Notes: generated by a model from the letters alone, not told the origin. A stretch of 60,168 bases of DNA, filler included, from Chloroflexota bacterium (GCA_043754535.1; 3 parts of 3 records of this genome joined end to end with filler, not necessarily neighbours in it); one strand, 5' to 3'. Shown: positions 1 to 10,054, numbered from the whole stretch's first letter. Made by a program: numbers and translations.

Positions 1-935
<935 letters not shown>

Positions 936-1017
936 CTATCAACCCGATGTGGCTGGCTGCATCTGCCCTCTGCCAGAGCCGAACGGCAGCGCGCAAGCCA
1001 ATTATTGTCAGGAGAGG

Positions 1018-1026
1018 TGGTATAAT
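1018..1026 (+). promoter_or_regulatory. Extended -10 promoter element (TGGTATAAT) for the acyltransferase
   Basis: TGnTATAAT 36 nt upstream of the start codon; the same motif recurs before several genes in the window. Confidence 0.55.
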
Positions 1027-1061
1027 AGAAGCTGTCCCATCTTCAACTAGCGAGGCCACCT

Positions 1062-1691
1062 TTGCCAACGATCAACCCCGCTCTCTACCGAGTGATGCAG
1101 TTTTTGCTAACCCTGACCTTCCGCCTCTACCTGCCGACCACAATTCGCGGCAAGCGTAGGCTGCCGCCTGGCCCCTACATTCTGGTTGCCAACCACAGCA
1201 GCAACCTCGACCCGCTGCTGCTTGGCTGGGCAATGCGACCCACCCCCATCTACACGATGGCGAAGGCTGAGTTGTGGGCGGTGCCAGTAGTGCGCTGGTT
1301 GGTTGCTAACCTGGGTGCCTTCCCTGTGGATCGCAACCTCAAGGACACACAGGCGATGCGAACCTCGCTCACCGTGCTGAAGGGGGAGCAGGTGTTGATG
1401 ATCTTCCCAGAGGGGACGTTTAGCAACGAGGGTACTCCCTTGCCGATGCACAACGGAGCCGTGCGCCTGGCAGTCAAGCTGCGCTGCCCAATAGTACCCG
1501 CCTACCTGGACGGTACCTACCGCGCCCTGCCGGGGATGGCCCGCTTTGCGCGCCCGGCTCGCCTGCGGGTAATCTTCGGTCGCCCGCTTGACCTTGCCGC
1601 CTACTATGACGTGCCACTCACCGAGCAGCGTTCGGCAGCAGCGGTGGCAGAGATGGAGCGGGCGGTGCGGAGCCTGCGCCCCCGCCGCTAG
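1062..1691 (+). CDS. plsC: 1-acyl-sn-glycerol-3-phosphate acyltransferase (PlsC family)
   Basis: NHSSNLD (HX4D) and FPEGT motifs. Confidence 0.9.
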   Translation: MPTINPALYRVMQFLLTLTFRLYLPTTIRGKRRLPPGPYILVANHSSNLDPLLLGWAMRPTPIYTMAKAELWAVPVVRWLVANLGAFPVDRNLKDTQAMRTSLTVLKGEQVLMIFPEGTFSNEGTPLPMHNGAVRLAVKLRCPIVPAYLDGTYRALPGMARFARPARLRVIFGRPLDLAAYYDVPLTEQRSAAAVAEMERAVRSLRPRR

Positions 1692-2208
1692 CTTGTGCCA
1701 ATGCCTCCTGCTGCGCCAGATAGCCAGCCTCCCAACTGAGCGCATCGCCCTCTGGCAGGTCGGCCACGCCCAGCCGCCCCATCAGGTGCAGCACTTCAGC
1801 GCGGTGGCTCATGCTGTGGCTGGTCAGGTGAACTATAGTGCCACCAAAGCTCTTGCGCGTGGCTGGCTGATCAAGGTAGTCTTCGTAGCTGTCGTCCAAC
1901 CGCCCCTCGGCTTGCAACTTGCGCGCGATGGCAGCGAACTGAGGTGCTACCCGATCCAGCCGCTCAAGCATACCGCTGATGCTGCGTTGGTCCACGCTAC
2001 TGCCCTGCGGCAGCGTCTGTGGACGTTCGTAGAGCAGGTCTGTCCAGGCTTCCATGTTGCTGATCATGTGGCTGAAGGTTTCGCGCAAGGTTTGCTGGCC
2101 GAGGTCGAAGTAGCAGTCTAGTTGCTCGTCGTTCAAGTCGCGGCAGAGTAGTAGCAGACTGCGGGTAGTGTCAGCATCATGCAGCAGCAGCCGATCCAGG
2201 ATGTCCAT
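1618..2208 (-). CDS. DinB family protein
   Basis: Start MDILDRLLLHDA at 2208 after AAGGAG; TLRETFSHM and HSMSHRAE His motifs; tail overlaps the plsC 3' end. Confidence 0.85.
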   Translation of the reverse strand: MDILDRLLLHDADTTRSLLLLCRDLNDEQLDCYFDLGQQTLRETFSHMISNMEAWTDLLYERPQTLPQGSSVDQRSISGMLERLDRVAPQFAAIARKLQAEGRLDDSYEDYLDQPATRKSFGGTIVHLTSHSMSHRAEVLHLMGRLGVADLPEGDALSWEAGYLAQQEALAQASGGGAGSAPPAPSLPPLLPNAAR

Positions 2209-2222
2209 GCCAGGGTTGCTCC

Positions 2223-4010
2223 TTAGTTGTTGAAGGTAGCGCGATAGATCGCCCCACCCGCGTCGTCGCTGATGTACATTGCGCCGTCCTTGCCAAAGGC
2301 CACATCTACTGGGCGACCCCATGACTCGCCATTGACCAGCCAGCCGCTGACCGCCACCTGCGACCCCTTGCTCATCTCGCCAGGGCGCAAAGAAACGAAG
2401 CGCACTTCGTAGCCGTAGATCGGCTCGTGCAGCAGCGAACCGTGCATCGCCAGGAAGATGCCGTTCTCATAGTAGGTAGGTAGGTGCGCGCCGCCAGTGT
2501 AGAAGCGCATCCCTAGCGGAGCCATGTGTGCGGGCAGGCCGACGGCGGCGACTTCCTTGCCCTTGCAGAAGTCGGCGGGCTTACCGAAGGCGGGGTCGGG
2601 CTGGAGGTTGGCAGAGCTTGGCGGGTTGCCGATGCAGTAAGGCCAGCCGTAGTCAGCCTCGTGGATCGGGGTCAGGTAGTCGGGCGGAAAGTCGTTACCC
2701 GCCTTGTTGCGTTCATTGACTGCGGCCCACAGTTGGCCGCTGCGCGGGTCGAAGTCTAGGCCAACGGCATTGCGGAGGCCACTGGCGTAGATGCGCCCAC
2801 CGCTGCCGTCCTCGTTGAACTTCATGATCGTTGCCCGGCGCGGGTCGCCCTCCTCACACAGGTCGCAGTCCGACCCCATGCTGACGTACATCTTGTCGTC
2901 GAGGCCGAAGATCAGGCTGCGGGTGTCGTGATTGACCCCAGTTGCCAACCCCTGACTGTAGCCGCTGGGCAGGTCTGCGATCTTTTGGCCCGCGTCGCTG
3001 GCTGCTAGCTGGCCGTCCTGGTAGGCGAACCGCCAGACCCCCTTTTCGCTGGCAACATAGAGGTAGCCTTTGTGGAAGGCAAGGCCGTGTGGCTTGTCCA
3101 TCTCTGCTACGTTGTCCACGAAGACTCTCGCGTCGTCGGTTACGCCGTCGTGGTTGCGGTCGGGGAAGACGACCACCTCACCGTTGCGGGTGTTGGCTGA
3201 AAAGAGGTCGCCGTTGGGCGCAAACGTCAGCAGGCGCGGCCCCCGGCTGGTGGCAAAGAGGCTGATCTTCATCCCTACTGGCCCGGTCAGGGTATGCGGC
3301 TTCGCCCAATGGTTGTTGTCCTTGAAGCGGTCGGGGATCAGCAGGGTAGTGGCGACCATCTGTGGGCTAGGTGGGACGGGGTAGCCGCTGATCTGGGTGC
3401 CAAGCAGGCCGAGCAGTACCTCGTACTGCGTCCCCTTGTTCTCCGCATGATACTCGAAGCGGTTACGCTCAAAGTACTGCACGGTATAGTTTTTACCGTC
3501 GCTGCTGCGTTCGGCAAACTCCTCGCTGATCGGGTAGCCGTAGAGAGCTAGACCGCCGTGCTGCTCCCAGTAGACCCGGAAGGAGTTGCAGAGGCTGTGG
3601 CCGGTCGGCGCGAAGTAGAGGCACGCGCTGTTCTGCGGGTAGTTAGCCCGTTGGAAGGCTGTGCCTTCGCGCCCCCGCACTAGGTTGCGCCCCAGGAGGC
3701 CGAGCAGCACGCGGTAGGGGTCGTTGTTCTCTGGGTGGAACTCGAAGCGGTTGCGCTCGAACCACTGGCTGATATAGAGGCGGCCATTGGTCGGGCTGAC
3801 CTCGCTGGCCTCTGGGCTGATCGGGTAGCCGAACTGGGCCAGGCCGCCGTGTGCCTGCCAATAGCTGAGGAAGCCATGTGTGTCGGCCAGGCTGAAGCCG
3901 GTCTGGGGGAAGCTGATCTCGCCCGCCGCCTGGGCCTGCCCGCCAGTGAGGCTGGCAAGGACGAGTAGGGTGAGCAGGAAGCGGGTCGCCAGTTTATATC
4001 TAATCTGCAA
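2223..4010 (-). CDS. Secreted PQQ-dependent sugar (glucose/sorbosone) dehydrogenase with two N-terminal Chloroflexi-type surface repeats
   Basis: Signal peptide; two F.YW..HGGL..FGYPIS..Q.FER.RFE.H repeats; GLRNAVG, YGWPY, HMAPLG and GRPVDV motifs. Confidence 0.88.
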   Translation of the reverse strand: MQIRYKLATRFLLTLLVLASLTGGQAQAAGEISFPQTGFSLADTHGFLSYWQAHGGLAQFGYPISPEASEVSPTNGRLYISQWFERNRFEFHPENNDPYRVLLGLLGRNLVRGREGTAFQRANYPQNSACLYFAPTGHSLCNSFRVYWEQHGGLALYGYPISEEFAERSSDGKNYTVQYFERNRFEYHAENKGTQYEVLLGLLGTQISGYPVPPSPQMVATTLLIPDRFKDNNHWAKPHTLTGPVGMKISLFATSRGPRLLTFAPNGDLFSANTRNGEVVVFPDRNHDGVTDDARVFVDNVAEMDKPHGLAFHKGYLYVASEKGVWRFAYQDGQLAASDAGQKIADLPSGYSQGLATGVNHDTRSLIFGLDDKMYVSMGSDCDLCEEGDPRRATIMKFNEDGSGGRIYASGLRNAVGLDFDPRSGQLWAAVNERNKAGNDFPPDYLTPIHEADYGWPYCIGNPPSSANLQPDPAFGKPADFCKGKEVAAVGLPAHMAPLGMRFYTGGAHLPTYYENGIFLAMHGSLLHEPIYGYEVRFVSLRPGEMSKGSQVAVSGWLVNGESWGRPVDVAFGKDGAMYISDDAGGAIYRATFNN

Positions 4011-4085
4011 AGTTGCACCTCAATCTATGCTTTCTACCTCAATAACGAATGAGTAGGGCAACGGTTGCGCTTACATATAGCCAGG

Positions 4086-5102
4086 CTAGAGTAGCAACTC
4101 CGCCATCACGCGCAGGCTCTCTGGCTGCTCGACGCTGCACACCATGGTTGTCACCCGCGACTGCCGCCACTGGACGAGTAGCTCTGCAATGCGCTGCTTG
4201 GGGCCGCAGAGGGCCACCTCATCCACCAGTGCGTCAGGGACTGCTGCCGCTGCGTTGCGTTTCTGGCCGCCCAGGTAGAGGTTTTGTATCTCCTGTGCCG
4301 CCGCTGCGTAACCGTAACGGGCCGCCAGGTCGAAGTAGAAGTTTTTGCCGCGTGCGCCCATGCCTCCGATGTAGAGCGCGAGGGTTGGCTTCACCTTCTC
4401 GCGGCAGGCGGCTACGTCGTCACCGAGGATCACCGCGACGGTAGGGGCGATCTCGAACTCCGCCCCTTGCGTCCGCTTCGCCAACCCCTCGTCCAGGGCG
4501 GGTAGCATATCGCCCTCTCGTGCGGGGGCGTAGAAGACTGGCAGCCAGCCATCAGCGATCTCGCCCGCCAGCGCAACGTTCTTTGGGCCGAGGGCGGCCA
4601 GGTAAATCGGGATTTGGGCGCGCTCTGGGTGGATGGTCAGGGTGAGCGGCTTGCCCAGGCCACTGCCGCCGCTGATCGGTATCTGGTACTCTGCACCCGC
4701 ATAGGTGAGCGGCCCCCGCCGCGCCCACACCTGCCGCAGAATCTCTACATACTCGCGGGTGCGGGCCAGCGGCTTGCCGTAGGGCTGCCCATGCCAACCC
4801 TCCACTACCTGCGGCCCAGACACGCCAAGGCCGAGCAGCACCCGCCCTCCACTGAGCAGGTCGAGGGTGGCGGCGGTCATCGCGGTCATCGCAGGGGTGC
4901 GCGCTGGTATCTGCATCACGCCAGTGCCAAGCTTGATGCGGCTGGTTAGCGCGCCTAGCCAGGCCAGCGGGGTGATCGCGTCCGAGCCATACGCCTCCGC
5001 CGTCCACACCGAGTCGAAGCCCAGCCGCTCTGCCTCTTGCACCAGGGCTACGCTGTCCTGGGGCCCCGCCCCCCAGTAGCCGAGACTCAATCCTAGCTTC
5101 AT
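4086..5102 (-). CDS. LLM class F420-dependent oxidoreductase
   Basis: [41 protein letters not shown]. Confidence 0.92.
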   Translation of the reverse strand: MKLGLSLGYWGAGPQDSVALVQEAERLGFDSVWTAEAYGSDAITPLAWLGALTSRIKLGTGVMQIPARTPAMTAMTAATLDLLSGGRVLLGLGVSGPQVVEGWHGQPYGKPLARTREYVEILRQVWARRGPLTYAGAEYQIPISGGSGLGKPLTLTIHPERAQIPIYLAALGPKNVALAGEIADGWLPVFYAPAREGDMLPALDEGLAKRTQGAEFEIAPTVAVILGDDVAACREKVKPTLALYIGGMGARGKNFYFDLAARYGYAAAAQEIQNLYLGGQKRNAAAAVPDALVDEVALCGPKQRIAELLVQWRQSRVTTMVCSVEQPESLRVMAELLL

Positions 5103-5238
5103 CCTGCACCTCCTTGCCTGCCGCGATTGTAGCAGACTGCTAGCAGATCGGCAACTGGGGCTGGCGAGCGGCAGCGGTGGTGCAGAACTTGCCGCTATGT
5201 GTCACACTAACCGTGTAAGTGTGAGGAGGAGAAGTGCG

Positions 5239-8200
5239 TTGCTGCGTTGCCTGACCTGCCTGACCGAGAACCCACCCGGCTTCAAGTTCTGCCGCCAGTG
5301 CGGTACTCCCCTGACTACCCCACCCGAAGACGAGCGGCGGTTGATCACCGTGCTGTTCGCCGAGATCGCTGGTTTTGCCGCGATCAGCGAGCAACTACCG
5401 CCAGAGCGGGCGGGCGAATTGATTGATACCACCTACTCCGGCCTCGATTTGGTAGTCGCTACCTATGATGGTACGATTGACAAGTACATGGGCGACACGG
5501 TGATGGTGCTGTTTGGTGCGCCCCGCGCTCATGAGGACGACCCCGCCCGCGCCCTCCGCTGCGCCCTGGGGATGCTGGGCTGGGTAGCAGACTACAACGC
5601 CCGTAACGCGCACCTGCTCTCCCGCCCGCTGGCGATGAAGATTGGGGTAAACACGGGGCTGGTGGTCGCGGGCCGCTTTGGGGCCGACAGCCTGGGCCGC
5701 GCCTACAGCGTGATGGGCGATGCGGTCAATCTTGCTGCCCGCCTCCAGGGGATGGCCCAGCGCAATGAGGTGCTGGTTGGCGAGAGTAGCTACCAGCAGG
5801 CGCGGGTGCAGTTCGTCTGGCACGAACTAGGCAGCACTCCCGTGCGTGGCAAGGCGCAGGCGGTGTCGGTCTACCGCCTGGTCGCCGCCGAGCAGGAGAC
5901 TGGCACTGGGCGCGGCTTGCCTGGCCTCTACTCGTCGGTGGTTGGCCGCGAGTTGGAGACCACTGCGCTGGCCGAGGCGGTGGCTGACCTGCGCGGCGGT
6001 CGGGGCCGTATGGTCGCTCTCTTTAGCGAGGCTGGCTTGGGCAAGAGCCGCCTGTTGGACGAGGCTACTGCCGTGGCTGCGATTGGCGACCCTGCGATCC
6101 CCACCCTCTTTGGCCGCTGCCTCAACTATGGCGCGCAACGTGAGTACCAGCCCTGGCAGGATGTGATCCGCCGCCTGCTGGCGATCAGCAGCAGCGATGG
6201 TGCGCTGGCCCAGTTCGAGGCGGGCGCGACCCGGTTGGGGCTGAGCGAAGGCCAGGCGGCGGCGATCAGCCAGATGCTCGGCGTGGCGGCGGAGGCTGGC
6301 CCACGTAGCCCCGACGAGCAGGCCACTGAGGACGCTGCTGCTGTCGCTGCCCTGCTCCGGGCTGCCACCGCCAGCCGCCCCCTACTCGTCGCTCTGGAGG
6401 ACTTGCATTGGGCTGACCAGCCGACGCTGGCGATGCTGCCGCTGCTGCTGCCCCAATTGGCTGGGCTGCCGCTGCTGTTCGTCTGCACCAGCCGCCCTTA
6501 TGGTGCCGCCGCCGAGCGCATACGCGCCCTGGCCGCCAGCCTGCCGATGCAGAGCTTCGACCTACAACCGCTGACCGATGGCGAGGTGGACCACCTGCTC
6601 TGCAACCTGCTGGCGACCAACGCCCTGCCAGCGCAGGTCAGCGCGATCATGCTGGCGCGGGCAGCGGGCAACCCCTTCTACGTAGAGGAGTTCATTCGCA
6701 CCCTGATTGAGCGCGGCTGGATGATCGCCGAGGAGGGTGGCTGGCGGTTCATGGCCGGTGAGATGATGTTGGAGGTGCCGCCCACCTTGCAGGGCATGAT
6801 CGCCGCCCGCATCGACAGCCTGCCGCCCGGCCCCCGCCGCGCCTTGCAGGTCGCCAGCGTGCTGGGGCGCAGCTTCCAGCCAGATGTGCTGGCGGCCCTG
6901 GACGAGGCGGCGGCGCAAGCCCACAATCTCTTGCTGCTGGTTGAGCGGGCGGTGCTGCTGCCAGAGGATGATGGCCGCTACGCCTTCCGCCACACCCTCA
7001 CCCAGGAGGTGGCCTACAACACGCTGCTGATCGAACGGCGCAGGCAGTACCATGCCGCCGCCGCCAAGCACTACAGCGCGCAACCGCTGCTCGACCCGCC
7101 CCGCGCCGTCGGCGACCTCGAACCGCTGCTCGAAGCGGCCTACCACTACAGCATCGCGGGCGAGTTCCAGGCCGCCTACGAGTTGATCAACCGCGTGGTA
7201 GACAGCAAGGAGCAGATGCCCTTCTCACGGCGGATGTTCCTCTGGGGCGGGGCGGCGACGATGGTCGAAATCCTCAACCGCCTGGCCGCCCCCAACTCGC
7301 TGGCCGCTATCACCGCGGTGGCCCAGGCCGAAGTGCTGAGCATTCTAGGGCTAGCTTACTACTACCTGGGCAACTCCACCCTAGCCGCCCACTACTCTAA
7401 CCTGGCGGTGCCTATTGCCGAGGCCACCAACTACAGCGGGTTGGGTAGTATCTACAACCGCCTCGGTGTGATCTACGCCACCCTCGGCGACCTGCGTAAG
7501 GCAGTAGGCTACTACGAGCAGGCTCTGGCTGCAGCGGAGCGGAATGAGGACGTGCAGATAGTTGCACGCAGTCTGGTAAATCTGGGCTTGGCCCACTTGA
7601 AGTTGGGTGAGATGCGTTCGGCTAAGGAGTATACAGAGCGGGCATTGGTCTACAGTGAGCAATCTGGAGATTTGGACAACCAGAGTGCTTTGTTGAACAA
7701 TTTGGGTGTTCAGAACGTAGCCCTTGGGTACCTGCAAGTAGCCATAGGATATCACAAGCGATCTGTAGAGATCGCAGAGCAGGTGGGTAATTATGTTGGT
7801 AAGATAGAGGCACTGAACGATATTGGTGTAGCCTATCGCGACCAGGGCAATATTGAGGATGCTATCGCTGTTCACCAGCAAGCTCTCACTGCTGCTGAGA
7901 GTAGCTCAGACAGCGGTATTCGGGTTTCGGTGCTCACTTTGCTCGGTACCGACTACACCGCACAAGGCGAGTACGAGCTAGCACTAGCCTACCATAGGCA
8001 GGCACTCAACACCCTAGATAACATAAAGGATCCATTTGAGCGTGGCGAAATCCTGGGTGGTACTGGTAGAACCTATTTGGCAATGGGAGATTACAAGATG
8101 GCAAAGAATTATCATAAGCAAGCACTGCAATGCTTTTTTCAGATCGGTGATTTGATAAGACAGGCTAGCACGATGAACTCTCTGGCAGCAGACTACAACT

Positions 8201-8463
8201 CACTTGGCCGGCCAAATGCCGCACTTGGTTATGCTGTGAATGCCCTACAACTGGCTAAGAAGGTAGAAGCACCTCTGGTCACTGCCAGTGCTCATTACGA
8301 ACTTGGTCTCACGCAGCAATCTCTAGGCAATCTTGCGGCTGCGCGCAGTGCATACGAGGCTTCAATAGCCCTCCGCACTAAGTACCAGGATCGCAGATTG
8401 AAGAACAGTGAAGCTGCCCTCGCTTCGCTAACCACAGAAGGAAACCAGGCTGCCTCCAAATAG
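5239..8463 (+). CDS. Zn-ribbon / class III adenylate cyclase / AAA (STAND-like) ATPase / TPR protein
   Basis: CLTC..CRQC; VLFAEIAGF, DKYMGD, GDAVNLAARLQ; Walker A SEAGLGKS, Walker B LEDLHWAD; GNPFYVEE; many C-terminal TPRs. TTG start at 5239 chosen from the GGAGGAG RBS (ORF is open from 5197). Confidence 0.92.
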   Translation: MLRCLTCLTENPPGFKFCRQCGTPLTTPPEDERRLITVLFAEIAGFAAISEQLPPERAGELIDTTYSGLDLVVATYDGTIDKYMGDTVMVLFGAPRAHEDDPARALRCALGMLGWVADYNARNAHLLSRPLAMKIGVNTGLVVAGRFGADSLGRAYSVMGDAVNLAARLQGMAQRNEVLVGESSYQQARVQFVWHELGSTPVRGKAQAVSVYRLVAAEQETGTGRGLPGLYSSVVGRELETTALAEAVADLRGGRGRMVALFSEAGLGKSRLLDEATAVAAIGDPAIPTLFGRCLNYGAQREYQPWQDVIRRLLAISSSDGALAQFEAGATRLGLSEGQAAAISQMLGVAAEAGPRSPDEQATEDAAAVAALLRAATASRPLLVALEDLHWADQPTLAMLPLLLPQLAGLPLLFVCTSRPYGAAAERIRALAASLPMQSFDLQPLTDGEVDHLLCNLLATNALPAQVSAIMLARAAGNPFYVEEFIRTLIERGWMIAEEGGWRFMAGEMMLEVPPTLQGMIAARIDSLPPGPRRALQVASVLGRSFQPDVLAALDEAAAQAHNLLLLVERAVLLPEDDGRYAFRHTLTQEVAYNTLLIERRRQYHAAAAKHYSAQPLLDPPRAVGDLEPLLEAAYHYSIAGEFQAAYELINRVVDSKEQMPFSRRMFLWGGAATMVEILNRLAAPNSLAAITAVAQAEVLSILGLAYYYLGNSTLAAHYSNLAVPIAEATNYSGLGSIYNRLGVIYATLGDLRKAVGYYEQALAAAERNEDVQIVARSLVNLGLAHLKLGEMRSAKEYTERALVYSEQSGDLDNQSALLNNLGVQNVALGYLQVAIGYHKRSVEIAEQVGNYVGKIEALNDIGVAYRDQGNIEDAIAVHQQALTAAESSSDSGIRVSVLTLLGTDYTAQGEYELALAYHRQALNTLDNIKDPFERGEILGGTGRTYLAMGDYKMAKNYHKQALQCFFQIGDLIRQASTMNSLAADYNSLGRPNAALGYAVNALQLAKKVEAPLVTASAHYELGLTQQSLGNLAAARSAYEASIALRTKYQDRRLKNSEAALASLTTEGNQAASK

Positions 8464-8498
8464 GAGATGACCTGGCTTTCCTAACTTGACACTAGACC

Positions 8499-8627
8499 TC
8501 AGTTGATAGCCCAGCCACCACCACGATCCGGTTCGGGGTTGGTGCTGCAAACACCCCATGAACCACTGCGGTTTGGGTCGGGGTTGCCGCCGAGCAGGGT
8601 GACGAGGTGCGAAAGCCACTTAAACAT
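8499..8627 (-). CDS. 42-aa small peptide, putative signalling or precursor peptide (MFKWLSHLVTLLGG-NPDPNRSGSWGVCST-NPEPDRGGGWAIN)
   Basis: AAGGGGGGA RBS 6 nt before ATG; internal two-fold repeat; motif shared with the C-terminus of the upstream secreted protein; own TTGACA element. Confidence 0.7.
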   Translation of the reverse strand: MFKWLSHLVTLLGGNPDPNRSGSWGVCSTNPEPDRGGGWAIN

Positions 8628-8679
8628 GAGATGTCCCCCCTTGCGTTGTGGGTACAGGTTGTCGAAGGTCGGTAAGTAC

Positions 8680-8707
8680 ATTACACCACTGTTCCTGGTT
8701 CTGTCAA
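8680..8707 (-). promoter_or_regulatory. Putative promoter of the small peptide (TTGACA-N16-TGTAAT with TG extension)
   Basis: TTGACA at 8707-8702; imperfect -10. Confidence 0.45.
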
Positions 8708-8726
8708 TAGCTTTGTCCACATTTCA

Positions 8727-8760
8727 TCAAGAAGGCACCCTGCATTGCTGCGGGGTGCCT
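8727..8760 (-). terminator. Intrinsic terminator after the beta-propeller gene
   Basis: AGGCACCCCGCA-GCAA-TGCAGGGTGCCT hairpin followed by TCTTG. Confidence 0.6.
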
Positions 8761-8786
8761 CCTCTGTAACTGACTAGAGTGCTAGC

Positions 8787-9896
8787 TTAGCTGACAGACC
8801 AGGAGCCACTTCGGTCCATGACGATGAGAGTACCTCTATCACCAGTGGCCCAGATCAAGCCAGTACTGTCCTGCTTCATGTAGGTCATCGAGGCAGGAGT
8901 ACCCATGGTGCTAACAGACCATGAACCACTGCGATCCATGCTGACAGTTTTGCCCGCGCCAGTGATCGGGTCGTTGCCGAGGAACAGCACCATCGTGTCG
9001 GTGGGTGAGGTAGTGGCATTGATGCCAGCAGGCCGCATACTGCCAGCCAGCAGGCCACCAGCGAGTGCGCCGCTCGGTCGGTAGCCGCCAGTAGCCCGAA
9101 AGTCAATGACCGCCTTGCCGCTGCCTACGTTGATGCCAGGCACTACTGCCCACACCCCGTTGGTGACGCTGACTAGGGTGCCGTCGGTGGCAACCACGTA
9201 GCCGTTGGTCGGGTCGGACATATAGATGTCCTTGAAGTCGAGGGTCTGGGTGATGCCAGTGTTGATCACCGTCCAGTTCTGCACGGTGGCGTTGCAGTCA
9301 CAACGCCAGACGGTCTTGTTCTGGCCGACGACGAAGCCCGCCCAGCTGTTGCCGTTGGGAACCATCATGCCGCCGTAGATGTTGTTGGTCGAGATGGGGG
9401 TGTTGGGGTAGTTGTACCACTTGCCGTCGTCCCAGCGGATCAGCACGGTACCAGCGTCGCCAAGAGCGATAACGTAGCCGCTGGCCCCCAGGCTGACGTT
9501 GTTGAGGTTACGGTTGGTGGGGCTGTTCTTGGCCTTCTTCCACTGGTCGTGGTCGCTGTCGAACTCGTAAATCTTGCCGCCATTGCCGACTGCGTAGCCG
9601 CTGCTGGCATTGGTCATGATCATCGAGTTGAGCAGGTCGCCGCCAGTGCTTTGCGCGACGTTCCAGGTGCCGGTGCTGCTCTGCTTGAGGATCACGCCGC
9701 TGTTGCCGCTGCGACCCAACGCCCAGCCGGTGCCAGTGGTAGGTACCTGAGCAGGGAAGGCACTATCGTAGAGCGTACCAGAGTAGGCGACCGGCTGGCC
9801 ACCCTTGTGGCCGCCCGCGAAGGCGATGCTGGTGGTCGAGATGAGGGTGAGGACAAAGACGATAAGAGCAAGTTTGTACAGGCGAGAATGTGACAT
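8787..9896 (-). CDS. Secreted beta-propeller (WD40/YVTN/BNR-like, Ycf48-like repeats) protein
   Basis: Sec signal peptide (AFA); repeated GW/GYAVG..G.I...W blades; ends with MDRSGSWSVS twice; RBS GGGAGGAG. Confidence 0.8.
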   Translation of the reverse strand: MSHSRLYKLALIVFVLTLISTTSIAFAGGHKGGQPVAYSGTLYDSAFPAQVPTTGTGWALGRSGNSGVILKQSSTGTWNVAQSTGGDLLNSMIMTNASSGYAVGNGGKIYEFDSDHDQWKKAKNSPTNRNLNNVSLGASGYVIALGDAGTVLIRWDDGKWYNYPNTPISTNNIYGGMMVPNGNSWAGFVVGQNKTVWRCDCNATVQNWTVINTGITQTLDFKDIYMSDPTNGYVVATDGTLVSVTNGVWAVVPGINVGSGKAVIDFRATGGYRPSGALAGGLLAGSMRPAGINATTSPTDTMVLFLGNDPITGAGKTVSMDRSGSWSVSTMGTPASMTYMKQDSTGLIWATGDRGTLIVMDRSGSWSVS

Positions 9897-10054
9897 TTGG
9901 GTACTCCTCCCGTCAAGTTAGTAAGTCCTCATCCAGCGAGGACAGCAGGTTGATATCGGGTTACGCTCGGCTACTATCCTTAACGTAAGTGGACATGGCG
10001 TTGTTATGTTTCAGGGAAGCACAAAGCAGCTTCCGTGCCACCTGTGCTGTTGCT

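Noticed and set aside
1618..1691. 74-bp convergent overlap of plsC and dinB as an antisense system
   Set aside because: Low-complexity tail overlap, common in GC-rich genomes; several similar overlaps occur in the window.
8770..8786. GAGTGCTAG resembling a CIRCE half-site
   Set aside because: The matching TTAGCACTC half is absent and no heat-shock gene follows.
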